Below are positions 1 through 13,284 of a stretch of DNA of 64,000 nucleotides, piece after piece. The notes beneath the pieces are model-generated. The model saw only the letters and a list, made by a program, of their open reading frames with translations. It did no database searches and had not been told where the DNA came from. Position 1 is the first letter of the stretch. Each line of letters begins with the position of its first letter. Position numbers and translations under genes: made by a program. The DNA is from Chiloscyllium plagiosum (lineage: Eukaryota), in contig NC_057718.1 of the NCBI RefSeq assembly GCF_004010195.1, positions 46,677,274 to 46,741,273 of the forward strand, written 5' to 3'.

Positions 1-323
1 CCCTGGGGTTGCGAAGTCCAGAACTAGAGGGCATAGGTTTAGGGTGAGAGGGGAAAGATATAAAAGAGACCTAAGGGACAACGTTTTCACGCAGAGCGTG
101 GTATATGTATGGAATGAGCTGCCAGAGGAAGTTGTGGAGGCTGGTACAATTGCAACATTTAAGAGGCATTTGGATGGGTATATATGAATAGGAAGGGTTT
201 GGAGGGATATGGGCTGGGTGCTGGCAGGTGGGACTAGATTGAGTTGGGATATCTGGTCGGCATGGACAGGTTGGACCGAAGGGTCTGTTTCTATGCTGTA
301 CATCTCTATGACTCTATGACTCT
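1..323 (+). mobile_element. CR1-type LINE 3' end (young subfamily, (CTCTATGA)n tail)
   Basis: ORF2 C-terminal motifs RTRGHRF / FTQ..V..WNELPE, 3' UTR ending catctctatgactctatgactct. Confidence 0.9.
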
Positions 324-553
324 AAGTGTTGGGTGTCTTGAAACATATTAAGGTAGACTCGTCCCCAGGTCCAAAAGAGTTCAATCCCAGGATATTGTGG
401 GTGACATGGGGGCCTTAACAGATTGCTGTACATCTCTATGACTCTATGACTCTAAGTGTTGGGTGTCTTGAAACATATTAAGGTAGACTCGTCCCCAGGT
501 CCAAAAGAGTTCAATCCCAGGATATTGTGGGTGACATGGGGGCCTTAACAGAT
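294..553. repeat. Exact 130-bp tandem duplication
   Basis: 294-423 and 424-553 read identically (tgctgtacatct...ccttaacagat). Confidence 0.9.
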
Positions 554-1860
554 GTATTTGCAACCTTTTTGGCCTTAGGCAAGGTTCCAGAGAATTGGAG
601 AATGGCCAATGTTGTCCCTTTGTTTAAGAAGGAAAGCCAAGATAACCCAGGTAATTACAGGCCTGTGAGCTGTTGAAGAATTTACTGAAAGACAGGATTT
701 ATTCACATTTGAAAGTGAATGGATTTGTTAGTGACAGGCAGCATGAGTTTGTGTGGGGAAGGTCACCTCTCAGCAGCTTGAGTTTTTTTGTGGAGGTGAC
801 AAAAATGATGAGGGGAGAGCAGGGAATGTTGTCTACATGGACTTCAGTAAGGCATTTAATAAGGTACCTCTTGGCAGGCTGGTCCAAAAACTAGTCTCGT
901 GGGATCCAGAGTGACTGGCTAGATGAATACAAACCTGAACTGGTCATAAAACACAGTAGCAGTAGAGGTTGCTTTTTGTAATGGGGACCAGCAACTAGTG
1001 GTGTGTTTCACCGAGATTATTGCTGAGACTTTTGTTGCTTTTGATATATATAAATGATCTGGAGGAAAATGTAGGTGGTCTCATTAGTACGTTTGTGGAT
1101 GATACCAAAATTGGGTGAGTTGCAAATAGTGAGGAGGGTTGTCAAAGCAAATGGTGGGATATAGATAGATTGTAGATTTGGCAGAGAAATGGCAGATGGA
1201 GTTTAATCTGGTCAAATGAGAGATGACACATTTTGGTAGATCAAATCTAGATGCAAATTATGTAATAAATGGCAGAACCCTTAGTGCATTGACATGCAGA
1301 GGGATCTAGGTGTACAGGTCCACAGATCGGTGGAAGTGACAACACTGGTAGATAAGATGGTGCAGAAGGCATACAGCAGACTTACCTTCATAGTCTGGGG
1401 CATCAAATATAAAAGTTGGCAAGTTACATTAAAGCACTTTAGTAAAACTTTAGTTATGGCACATTTGGCATGCAGTTCTGATCAGCGCACTACCAGAGAG
1501 GTTTGGATGCTTTGTAGAGAGTGCAGAGAAGATTTACCAGGATGTTGCCTGGTCTGGAGGATTTTAGTTATGAGGAGAGGTTGAATAAACTCATTGTTTT
1601 TACCAAAAAGATGGAGGCTGAGGGGCGACATGATGGAAATCTACAAAATTATGAGAGGCTTAGATAGGATGGATAATTAGAGGCTTTTTTCAGGGTGGAA
1701 AGGCCAACTACAAGGAAGCAACATTAAGGTGAGAGGGGCAAAGTTTAGGGGAGAAGCATGGGGAAAATGTTTCACCCAGAAGGTGGTGGGTGCGGGGGAA
1801 ACACTTGATAGACACATGAATGGGAGGCGAACAGAGGCATAGAAACCACATATATAATGG
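324..1860 (+). mobile_element. Older decayed CR1 LINE, RT region
   Basis: WRMANVVPLFKK, NPGNYRPVS, QHEFV.GRS, YMDFSKAF, FVDDTKI, RDLGV remnants with stops and frameshifts. Confidence 0.9.
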
Positions 1861-1869
1861 GTCTAAATA

Positions 1870-2350
1870 AGGAGGGAACATCTCTGGGATACATGCACCA
1901 AACAAATGCATCGCCCTGCGGCTAACCATTTCAACTCCCTCCCACTCCACCAAGGATGTGCAAGTCCTGAGCCGCCTCCACCACCAAATCCAAGTCTGGA
2001 GGAAGAATGCCTCATCTGCCTTGGGGGCCCTCCAACCACATGGCATCAACATTGACTTCATCAGTTTCCTCATCTCCCCTCCCCATACCTCATTCTAGAT
2101 CCAACCCTCCAACTTGGCATCATCCTCTTGAACTGTCCTACCTGTCCATCTATTCGCTGCACCCTGTCCTCCGACCTGTATCCTTCCCAGCTACCTTCCC
2201 CCTATCTTCACCCTCATCTTTATATTTATCTCTCACTACCCCCACCCCTGCCCCTGCAACATTCCTGATGAGGTGCTTATACTCAAACCGTCGATCTTCA
2301 TGCTCCCTGGATGCTGCCTGACCAGCTGTGCTTTTCCAGCACCACACTCT
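1870..2350 (+). mobile_element. Penelope-like element 3' fragment (GIY-YIG C-terminus + terminal repeat)
   Basis: NHFNS.SHSTKDVQVL...LEEECLI..LGALQPHGINIDF; terminus similar to 7560-7720; decayed CTGATGA motif near 2265. Confidence 0.8.
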
Positions 2351-3546
2351 TCGGCCCATATAGCTACAGATATTGCTACCAGAAGGCAAGGTGAAAGAAG
2401 TTGAGACAGACAAGTGGAGAGGAATCAAAAGAACACAGATATCGCTGAGGATTATTGGACTGCAGGAAGAGTTAACAACATGGATAAACTTAAACATGTG
2501 TAAGAATTTTAAAATCATGGAGTTCCAGGACAGTCTCTGTGACATTCAGTGAGCAAAAGGGGGAATGGGTTTCCAGGACAGGGAGCAAATGGGGACATTG
2601 GTAGCAGAGTTTTGCATGAACTCCAGTTTGTAGCAGGTACAAGATAGAGAAAAGCAGCATGAAAATAGTTAAAGCTGGAGATAGCAAAAGCATGGAGTTT
2701 ATTGTGTTATTGACTTTTCATTTAATTTTTTTTTTCAAAATTCAACTATTACCATGTACCTTCTCCAGATAAGACTTTCTTTAAGCATTCAGCAGCTCCA
2801 ACTAAAATTGAAGTGCAGTAGTCTACATTTAGTAGGACTGTCTTCAGAATTATTAAGATCTACCTGCAATATGGTCCAGATGTCTGAATGTGTAAATGAA
2901 CTATTTACAAATTTAGATGGTGCTCAGATGGGCTGAGGCAGGGGTAGGCCACAGCAGTGAAAGAACACAGTCTTGGTGCTGGAGATTTATAGGATTGGAA
3001 TTTCAGCTCAGGGTCAAATAGGATGTCAAGGTTGCTGGTTACGTTTGAGACAGTCGCCAGGAAGGGAGTTGAAGTTGATAGTTAGATAACAAGAGTTTGA
3101 AGGATAGGCTGAAAACAATAGCTTCAAACCTTCTCATATTGATAATCTAACAACACTGAAATTGTGGACAATCAAGTGATGTGGTGATAAATTTCCTCAA
3201 AGCTTTTTTTTGAGCGCATGTAGTAATTTAAAGGGACAGACTTAGATGCAGCATGCGTGATGACTTTGCATGAATATTAGATTGACTACTGGTAAAACCA
3301 GTCACAATCTGATGGAGCTGGATGTCATCAACTTCATACCTGCTGTATTTTCAGATGCTGTTGTTGTACAGCACATAAATGAGAATTAGAAGGCTTGTGG
3401 CAAAATATGATTTTATGAAGATTTTTAAAGGTAGGATGATAAAGAAATCTAAAAGAGTAAAATCAGTCAATCCATTGATGAGTGGAAAGGTGAAAGGATG
3501 AATGGGAGGCACGTAAACTATTTGAGAGGAATCTATCACCAAGACA

Positions 3547-4473
3547 TTTATATAAATGATTTGAATGTGAACATAGGAGTTAGTAAGATTGCAGATGACA
3601 CCAAAATTGGAGGTGTAGTGGACAGCGAAGAAGGTTACCTCAGAGTACAATGGAATCTTGATCAGATGGGCCAATGGGCAGATGGAGTTTAATTTAGATA
3701 AATATGAGGTGCTGCATTTTAGAGAGGTAAATCAGGACAGGACTTATAACCGTAATGGTAAAGTCCTGGGGATGTTGCTGAACAAAGAGACATTGGAGTG
3801 CAGGTTCATAGTTCCTTAAAAGGAGTCGCAGGTAAATAGAACGGTGAAGTGTGCTTTCCTTTATTGGTCAGGGCATCAAGTATAGGAGTTGGGAAGTCAT
3901 GTTGCAACTGTACAGGACATTGGTTGGGCTACGTTTGGAATATTGCATGCACTTCTGGGCTCCCTCCTGTAGGAAGGATGTTGTGAAACTTGAAAGGGTT
4001 CAGGAAAGATTTATAAGGATGTTGCCAGGATTGGAAGCATTGAGCTATAGGGAGAGGCTGAATAGGCTGGGACTGTTTTTACCTGGAGTGTTGGAGGCTG
4101 AGGGGTGACCTTACAGAGATTTATAAAACCAAGAGGGTATGGATAGGATAAATAGACAAGGTCTTTTCCCTGGAGTGGGGGAGTCTAGAACTAGAGGGCA
4201 TAGGTTCGGGGCAAGAGGGGGAAGATGGAAAAGGGACCTAAGGGGAAACTTTTCATGCAGAGGGTGGAATGGAATGAGCTGCCAGAGGAAGTGGTGGAGG
4301 CTGGTAAAATTACAGGGCATCTGTAAAGGCATCTAAATTGGTATATAAATCGGAAGGTTTCAGAGGAATATGGGCTAAGTGGGACTAGATTAGGTTAGGA
4401 TATCTGGTCAGCGTGGATAAGTTGGACCGATGGGTCTGTTTCTGTGCTGTACATCTCTATGATTCTATGACTC
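3547..4473 (+). mobile_element. CR1 LINE 3' portion
   Basis: YINDL, ADDTKIGG, LYRTLV..RLEYC..FW, LERVQ, RTRGHRF; tail ctatgattctatgactct. Confidence 0.92.
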
Positions 4474-6494
4474 TAAAACCAGTATGTAAAGAGAGACATG
4501 GAGCCACGAGTGACATTGAACAATAGTGACATCAAGAACAACAAATGGGACTTAGTAGAGGATCTGAATCATGGAAATTTGGATATTTTGAAATTCATGC
4601 AATGGGGGACAAAATAGTCAAACTTGAAGTAACAAAAGCATGTGAAAAGGTTTCAGTGTTAGGGGTACATTGTATTAGGGTTATGTCGATGTTAGGAGTG
4701 GGCAATGTTGTACATATAGAAGTAACAGATTTAACCTGAGTACAGTTGTAAAAGCAGGTATTTAACAAAGAGAGTATTTGTAGGTGGTGTAAACACTGGA
4801 CCTTTGTTTTACATTATCTATACGTAAGTCAATAAAAAATTGAAGGGGAAATAGAAACTAAAATATGTTTTCAATTGAGTATTCATATTGATGACATTAA
4901 TTTCAGGTTTTAATGACTTTTATAGACTTTTTTGTCAAATATTATTTTAAAAATTGATTTCTGGTCATGTATGCTTTTTTTGGAATTGATTTACCTTGTC
5001 AAATTTCTTCATGCTGAAAATCAATTGACATCACATTGCATCATTGCACTTACCATTTGGACACGAAGGGAATTGAGGGATACAGTGAAAGTCTGGAAAA
5101 GTGTGAAGTACAAGTTCTGTCTGATTGTACGAATGAACAAGTTTGATGGCCGTGATGACCTTGTCCTGCTCCTTTTTCACATATTCTTATCATTAATTTC
5201 CATTTTTATATGTTTGCTTGACTGTCATTATTGACAAATTAGTCAACTGTAGAACAATTGCATCTGAATCTATCCTGACCCACAGTTTTGTTGCTAATCC
5301 CAGGAGCATAGGCTTGTTGTAACATTCCTATGGATACATTAATTGAGCTGCACACATATGAGCCAGGTATCAAATCTGGGACTTTCTTGGCCTGTATGGG
5401 TCAGTTTCTTGCTAGATTAAGATCACCATAGCATTAAAGGTGCATAAGTACACATGCAGCATCTTGTTTGCAATGTTATAGTGGAATTGGAATTAAACTG
5501 TTTGGTACATACTACAATGTTTTTCTTAAATTATTTGATTGATCTGTGGTGTCAATTTGTTGACATGGACTGATGCTGGAATCTGTATCATAGATGTAGT
5601 TTGCTACTTGATATACCTCTTAGCATCGAACAGTCTCAATCTTTAAGGTAGTTGATGTTTTAGTATTGGTCTGAAACTGGAATTATGGAACAGTTACAAA
5701 TCATGAAATTTTGTAGGCTATAACTTAATCTCTAGTTTTAGACTGACATAGCTATACCTGTTTCTTGAGTGTGTGTGGAGTACAAGCATTGATAAATGTT
5801 ACTGAAATCTATGAGCATTCTCGTATATAGGGCTAACTAACATAGGGTTATTAAACACCAAAGTGTACATTTTAGATGAAAAATGTACCTAATAAGACAG
5901 CTAACATAAAAAGCAACGTACAGAATTCACTTTCTGGTTATAACAGGATTTTGTTCCAGCAGTGGTCTGAATCTTCTGCCCAGCAGCAATGCTCCATACA
6001 TTACCACTATCACACAGAGCTTTTCCAGATTCAACACTACTGTTCTGGAATCTTCTGATCCTGGCTGAAGAAGATACACACAGTGCAATGTCTCCCTTCT
6101 AACTCTAGCAAGTGGAGTAAAGTCAGGGGAACAATATGACATGCCTTTTTTATGGCAGTAGCCACTGAGATATTTAAATTCTCATCCACAGGAGCTGGAT
6201 GGTGGTTGTCAGGTTGGCAATGAGCCAGCTGGGAGTAGTTGTTGATTGGAGAGTAGTTAGGCCTGGTCAGTGGGATTGTAGAGATAGTCAGGTGATTGAG
6301 AGGTGGCTGAGAAGTAAGGGACCAGGTCAGAGGGTGTTGGGTGATTGTGTGATAGTTGGTTAGGTTTGGAGTGGTGCAACAGGTAGTCACATGGTGGTGG
6401 GACAGGCAGGCAGTAGTTGAATGGTCAGCAGGACTGATTGGGTCACTTGTAAAATTACCTAAGTGTTAGACCAGGTTTAAAAATGTCTAATATT

Positions 6495-6790
6495 TATAGA
6501 CTCATACAGCACAGAAACAGACCCTTCAATCCAACCAATCCATGCTGGCCATAATCCCAAACTTAGCTAGTCCCCTTTGCCTGCTCCTGGCCCATATCCC
6601 TCCAACCTTTCCTTTTCATGTACTTATCCAACTATATTTAAACATTGTCATTGTATGCGCATTGACCACTTCCTCTGGAAGCCCATTTCCACACCTGAAC
6701 CACCTTCTGTATAAACAATTTGCCCCTTTTTTAAATCTTTCTCCTCCCTCCTTAAAAAATATGCTCCCTGGTCTTGAAATTCCCCATCCT
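6495..6790 (-). mobile_element. CR1 LINE 3' end
   Basis: Reverse complement resembles the CR1 3' UTR and ORF2 end at 1-323. Confidence 0.75.
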
Positions 6791-6991
6791 GTAGATCTGC
6801 CTCAAGTCTCCACATTTAGCTCATGCAGAGCTGAAAATGTTTTGCTGGAAAAGCGCAGCAGGTCAGGCAGCATCCAAGGAGCAGGAGAATTGACGATTCG
6901 GGCATGAGCCCTTCTTCAGGAATGAGGAAAGTGTGCCAAGCAGGCTAAGATAAAAGGTAGGGAGGAGGGACTTGGGGGAGGAGCGTTGGAA

Positions 6992-7152
6992 NNNNNNNNN
7001 NNNNNNNNNNNNNNNNNNNNNNNNNNNNNNNNNNNNNNNNNNNNNNNNNNNNNNNNNNNNNNNNNNNNNNNNNNNNNNNNNNNNNNNNNNNNNNNNNNNN
7101 NNNNNNNNNNNNNNNNNNNNNNNNNNNNNNNNNNNNNNNNNNNNNNNNNNNN
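6992..7152. other. Assembly gap
   Basis: Run of N. Confidence 1.
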
Positions 7153-7591
7153 GTTGGTTGGTCCGGGTGTCCCAGAAGTGTTCTCTGAAACGTTCCCACC
7201 TGGACCAACCAACCCAACCACCCTGTGGCTCAACACTTCAACTCCCCCTCCCACTCCACCAAGGACATGCAGGTCCTTGGACTCCTCCATCGCCAGACCA
7301 TAGCAACACGACGGCTGGAGGAAGAGCGCCTCATCTTCCGCCTAGGAACCCTCCAACCACAATGGATGAACTCAGATTTCTCCAGTTTCCTCATTTCCCC
7401 TCCCCCCACCTTGTCTCAGTCTCAACCCTCGAACTCAGCACCACCTTCCTAACCTGCAATCTTCTTCCTGACCTCTCCGTCCCCACCCCCCACTCCGGCC
7501 TATCCTCCTTCCACCTATCGCATTTCTAACACCTCTCCCCCAAGTCCCTCCTCCCTACCTTTTATCTTAGCCTGCTTGGCACACTTTCCTC

Positions 7592-7627
7592 ATTCCTGAA
7601 GAAGGGCTCATGCCCGAAATGTCGATT
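7592..7627 (+). ncRNA. Minimal hammerhead ribozyme motif in PLE terminus
   Basis: CTGAAGA-A-GGGC(tcat)GCCC-GAAA-tGTC; antisense copy at ~6888-6923. Confidence 0.7.
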
Positions 7628-7899
7628 CTCCTGCTCCTTGGATGCTGCCTGACCTGCTGCGCTTTTCCAGCAACACATTTTCAGCTCTGATCTCCAGCAT
7701 CTGCAGTCCTCACTTTCTCCTTAGCTCATGCAGAGTACTGTATAGATGTCCATCGATGATCTGGGGACTGGAAGATTCAGAACATTTATGTTATTGTCTA
7801 CTCAAGTTAAGCTAGAGAGATACTTTGGTCAAATTGCTTATTGGCCTCCAGAGATGTATTTAAGCTTTTATATTGTTGTGCAATACTAATTATTTTGTA

Positions 7900-9075
7900 T
7901 CAGCTGCACAAGAGATTCTTACAAAAATGAGCCTCTGTGGAATTTGAGGTAACCTTCTGGTAATTGGGTGGAAGATAGGGAATAGATTAGGGATAAAATG
8001 GAACATTCCTTGATTAATGAATTATGACAACAAGTATTCCCAGCGACCAGTGCTATCATCTCAATATTATGATGTGTCCATTTGTACAAATATGTGGATG
8101 AAGAGTGATGTATTACATATCCAAGTTAAGCTAGGAGAAAATATGCTTTATAGATTCAGGCAGAACTTATAAAAAGATTATGAAACTGAGACAAGATATG
8201 GGAGACAAACACCATGTAGGGATATGTGAGGACATTTACTTGGACCCAAAGAAGTCAAATTAGGCAAGACATTCCAAGTTTTAAGGAATAGAATGATTTG
8301 GGTATCTATATGCAAGTCACTGAAAGCACACAGCTACAAAAGCTTTTCAAAAAGGCTAATGAAAAGTTGATTGTTATGTCAAAGGGATTGGAATTCAGAA
8401 GGTAGGAAGTAATGTCTCAGTAACTCAGAGCCTAACTAAGTATTGCTTCAAACTTAGCTCAGTTGGCTGGAAGACTGGCTTGTGATGAACAGTGATACTA
8501 CTAGCATGGGTTATTCCCACACCACTGAGCTTACCATGAAGGATTCTCCTTCTCAACTTCACTTGAGGCATCTTGACCTGCAGGTTAATCTACCAGCAGT
8601 TACCTCCCTCTGTCTGAAAGAGCAGTAGGACTATAATGACACCAAATATCAACAAAGATGTATTGGCCTCAAATTTTCTCACTACAATGGCTTATAAGAT
8701 TACATTATGAGGGACTGGTTCTTGGTTTTGCTTGATATTTCTAGTTTAGATGGTTGATGGACGATCAAGGATATATTAAAATTTCAAATAGGGCAAATAC
8801 AGATATGCCGTTTCCTCTGGTGAGGGAGTCCACATTAAACCAGAATAAAGATAGAGCTGGCCATTCAAAAAATAGAACCCTGGTTCACACAAGGTGTTGA
8901 AGAAATGTGGAATTATCTTCCACAAACAGGCTGCAGATGCTTGATAATTTACAAATTTTGTATTTGTAAATTTGTTATTAAGTGTGTCAAAAGGTTCGAA
9001 GGGTTATTGGAGTTGAGATACAATTAAGGTAAGGAATTATACGCTCCAGTGCTGAAAGATTCATTCCTGTTTCTA
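7900..9075 (+). mobile_element. Very old CR1 LINE RT/3' remnant, interrupted by a SINE
   Basis: Residual DLG.Y, KKANE.L and RVV..WN.LP-like sequence; 3' UTR-like end. Confidence 0.6.
8455..8642 (+). mobile_element. tRNA-derived SINE
   Basis: A-box-like tagctcagttgg; body resembles the reverse complement of 57995-58120. Confidence 0.6.
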
Positions 9076-10139
9076 TGAACAGAATCTTCCCAGCCCCTGA
9101 ACAACAGTTTGCTATTTTACCAGGTGGTGGAGAGAAATTATCTGGTGACAGTTTTGACCTGAAAGTCTGAATGGGCTCTGGGCTCTTGGCTCCAGCTCAC
9201 TGCTTGCTACTCCAGGCATGCACCATGGGCAGCAGTCACCATGTTGGCATCAGACAAGCATCAGCCTCATCACATTATGACACATCTCCAGCTCACTCAG
9301 AATGCAGTTCACCTCTTCAGTAGTGTACTTCAGAATGCATCAATACCTTTCATTGCAATGCTACTGCCAGGGTACTTAGTGTGTCAGCAGACACTCACTT
9401 AAAGCATTGAAGTAGTGCACACTTCTGGGCAGGTAGCTTACCTTTTGTGTGCTTTATCTTACTCAGAACTCACATGGTCATCGTATTCTGTCTTACTTTT
9501 CCTTCTAGCTTAGACACAAAGCCATGCAGTTTCTCATTGTTGCCAACAGTGAGCAGTAAAGGGGAAGGACTTATAGCTCTATAGCACTAGTATGTCAATA
9601 TCACATTTACAGTAAGCGCCAGCAGCTTACCTGGCTAGCACACTCAATGTGCTTCAGACCATGGCCAGGTCTCAGACTCTAAATGCTCCAGCCCTCAAAC
9701 AAGTCGAAGGAGACTGACATCAGTCAGGGAGTCCTGCCACAGTCAGTCAAGGGCATCATCACTCTCAGTCCAGGGGCCTGGATACGGTCAGCTGGTAGCT
9801 TGGGCAGCTCATGGGTTGAACGTAATTTCATCCAGAGAGTAGGCTATGGTTAGTCCAGCAGGTCCAGTGAAACCAGTCCAGGGATTAGCAGCCAATCTAT
9901 TGGAGGCTTGCACAGAAATGAGCAAGGGGTCTGGTCACCCCATCAATTGGGGCTGTTCCATGTTGGTCAAGGGCCTGGGCCGCAGTCAATCCCAGAGTCC
10001 ATTTTCTGGAAGTCAAGCTGGGTTTTCAGTGGCCAGCCACTACCAGTCACCCAACCTTTTGAGTGAAAAGTTTTCTCATCTGTAATCTAAAACTGTCCTC
10101 TAAGTATAAAACTGTACCTTATAGATTGACCCACAAGAG

Positions 10140-11940
10140 TTTACTATAGGCCCCCCAATAGCAGCAGAGATGTGGAGAAACAGATTGGGAAACAGATTTT
10201 GGAAAGGTGCAGAAGCCACAGGGTCGTAGTCATGGGCGACTTCAACTTCCCAAATATTGATTGGAAGCTCTTTAGATCAAGTAGATTGGATGGGGCGGTG
10301 TTTGTGCAGTGTGTCCAGGAAGCTTTTCTAACGCAGTATGTAGATTGTCCAACCAGAGGGGAGGCCATATTGGATTTGGTACTCGGTAATGAACCGGGAC
10401 AAGTGGTGGGCTTGTTAGTGGGTGAACATTTTGGTGATGGTGACCACAATTCTGTGACTTTCACCTTGGTTATGGAGAGAGATAGGTGCGCACAACAAGG
10501 TAGATTTTATAATTGGGGGAAGGGAAATTACGATGCTGTAAGGCAGGATTTGAGGAGCATACGTTGGGAGCATAGGCTGTCAGGGAAGGATGTCGTGGAA
10601 ATGTGGAACTTTTTCAAGGAACAGAAACGACGTGTCCTTGATATGTATGTACCTGTCAGGCAGGAAAGAAATGGTCGTGTGAGGGAACCTTGGTTGACAA
10701 GGGAGGTTGAATGTCTTGTAAAGAGGAAGAAGGAGGCTTACATAAGGTTAAGGAAACAGGATTCAGACAGAGCAGTGGAGGGATACAGGATAGCCAGAAG
10801 GGACCTGAAAAAAGGGATTAGGAGAGCTAAGAGAGGGCATGAAAAATCGTTGGCGGATAGGATCAAGGATAACCCAAAGGCATTTTATGCGTATGTGAGA
10901 AACATGAGAATGACGAGAACGAGGATAGGTCCGATCAAGGACAGTAGTGGGAGACTGTGTATTGAGACGGAAGAGATAGGAGAGGTCTTGAACAAGTACT
11001 TCTCTTCAGTATTTACGAACGAGAGGGACCGTATTGTAGAAGAGGAGAGTGTGAAATGGACTGGTAAGCTAGAAGAGATACCTGATGGAAGGAAGATGTG
11101 TTGGACATTTTGAACAACTTGAGGATAGACAAGTCCCCCGGGCCTGACGGGATATATCCTAGGATTATGTGGGAAGCAAGAGAGGAAAGTGCAGTACCGT
11201 TGGCAATGATCTTCTCGTCTTCACTGGCAAAGGGGGTGGTACCAGGGGACGGGAGTGTAGCGAATGTTGTGCCCCTGTTCAAAAAAGGGAATAGGGATAA
11301 CCCCGGGAATTACAGGCCTGTTAGTCTTACTTCTGTGGTAGGCAAAATAATGGAAAGGGTACTGAGGGATAGGACTTATGAGTATCTGGAAAGACACTGC
11401 TTGATTAGGGACAGCCAGCACGGATTTGTAAAGGGTAGGTCTTGCCTTACAAGTCTTATTGAATTCTTCGAGGAGGTGACCAAGCATGTGGATGAGGGAA
11501 GAGCAGTGGATGTAGTGTACATGGATTTTAGTAAGGCACTTGATAAGGTTCCCCATGGTAGGNNNNNNNNNNNNNNNNNNNNNNNNNNNNNNNNNNNNNN
11601 NNNNNNNNNNNNNNNNNNNNNNNNNNNNNNNNNNNNNNNNNNNNNNNNNNNNNNNNNNNNNNNNGAACTAGAGAGCATAGGTTTAGGGTGAGAGGGGAAA
11701 GATATAAAAAAGATCTAAGGGGCAACGTTTTCACACAGAGAGTGGTGGGGGCATGGAATGCGCTGCCTGTGGGAGTGGTAGAGTCGGAATCATTGGCGAC
11801 CTTTAAGCGGCATTTGGATAGGTACATGGATGGGTACTTAATCTAGGTTAGAAGTTCGGCACAACATCGTGGGCCGAAGGGCCTGTTCTGTGCTGTATTG
11901 TTCTATGTTCTATGTTCTATGTTCTATTGTTCTATGTTCT
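10140..11940 (+). mobile_element. Young CR1 LINE, ORF2 (endonuclease C-terminal half + RT N-terminus), (TTCTATG)n tail
   Basis: YYRPPN, MGDFNFP.IDW, PTRGEAILDLVL, GDGDH, KSPGPDGIYPR, NYRPVSLTS, QHGFVKGRSCLT, YMDFSKA.DKVPH; one frameshift near 11090; aagag at 10135-10139 and 11941-11945 is a possible TSD. Confidence 0.95.
11563..11664. other. Assembly gap
   Basis: Run of N. Confidence 1.
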
Positions 11941-12254
11941 AAGAGGAAACATCTTTTCCACATCCACCTTGTCAAGTCTACTCAGCATCATATACAATTC
12001 GATCACGTTACTCCTCACTTTTCTAAACTCCAATGGAAATGAGCCTAGCCTTTCCAAGGGCATGGAGCTTATTTCCTCTCATTTGAACTAGAGGTATTTG
12101 ACAATATGCTCTTAGATGCAATGCGGCTTTACTTGAGCGTTGGGGTGGATGGAACACTTTTTAGTGATCCCACCTCATTTACAATCCCTTACTATATTGT
12201 GCATCATGACATGCACTGCATACACCTGAAAAAGATCCATTATTAAGCTAGAGA

Positions 12255-12728
12255 GGCTTCAGAAAAGATTTACCAACTTGTTGCCGGGTATGGAACATTT
12301 GTGTTGTAAAGAAAGCCTGGCTAGGCTGGGACTCTTTTCACTGCAGCATTGGAAGTTGAGAGGTGACTTTATAAATGTTTATAAAATCATGAGGGGCATA
12401 AATAGAATTAATGGGAAGTGTATTTTCTCTAGAATGTAGTATTACATGACTAGGGGACATATGTTTAAGGTGAGAGGAGGAGACATTTAAAAAAGACAGG
12501 CAAATGTTTTACACAGATGGTGGCTTGCACGAGGAATGAACTTCGTGAGGAAATGATGGATCTAGGCACAGTTACAACATTTAAAAGACACTTGGATAAG
12601 TACATGAATAGGAACGGTTAGGAAGGATCTGAGCCAGAAGCAGGCAGATGGGACTAGTTTAGTTTGGGATTATGCTTGACTTGGACTGGGTGGACCAAAG
12701 TCTCTGTGTTCATGTTGTATGACTCTGT
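12255..12728 (+). mobile_element. CR1 LINE 3' fragment
   Basis: Q.RFT.L.PG, LRGD.I.VYKI, TRGH.FK, 3' UTR. Confidence 0.85.
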
Positions 12729-13284
12729 GTCAAAGGTCCATGGACAGGCATGGAAGACCTTCTTTATTGGAGTGCTCCATGTCCCACTGTATTGATGGCT
12801 ATGCTAAACTGTTATTTGTGTGTGAAATGAATACTAACTGCTCACATTAATAAGGAATTGTTCTGATAATAATATTTTCTATATAGGCTCATTGTGCAAG
12901 TAAATGGATCTACTGCACAAAAGGGTAATATAGATTTCATGGTGCAATCCATTCCCTTAATTGCCATTCCTAATAAGCAGCACCAGGAGGTTGCTGCCTT
13001 TGAACACTGTTTATCACCTGTACACATAAAACCAATCTTATCTATAATACAAAGTTCACAAAATGAATAAAGGCTTAGTATGAATCAAAGCATGATCTTG
13101 TGTGGAAAATAATCTGGGATAAGGTGTCTTATTTGAACAAAGGGAACTTCAATTTATGCTCGATTACTTCTCAGATTACTTCAAAAGATGACTGTCAGCC
13201 ACATTAGACTATTCCTAACAGACTAAACTTGCATACAGGTTTATTACAGTAGTTTAAGTGTAATAAACATTGAACCAGATCAGA

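Larger units (their letters stand above)
6831..7720 (+). mobile_element. Young Penelope-like insertion with inverted terminal copy and 15-bp TSD
   Basis: GIY-YIG tail VAQHFNSPSHS...LEEERLIFRLGTLQP (ORF 7225-7452); 6831-6991 is the reverse complement of ~7525-7690; TSD ttagctcatgcagag at 6816-6830 and 7721-7735. Confidence 0.9.

Noticed and set aside
9078..10080. Possible decayed DNA-transposon derivative (similar blocks at ~13940-14400, 31190-31450, 32670-32930)
   Set aside because: No terminal inverted repeat, TSD or transposase motif could be fixed with confidence
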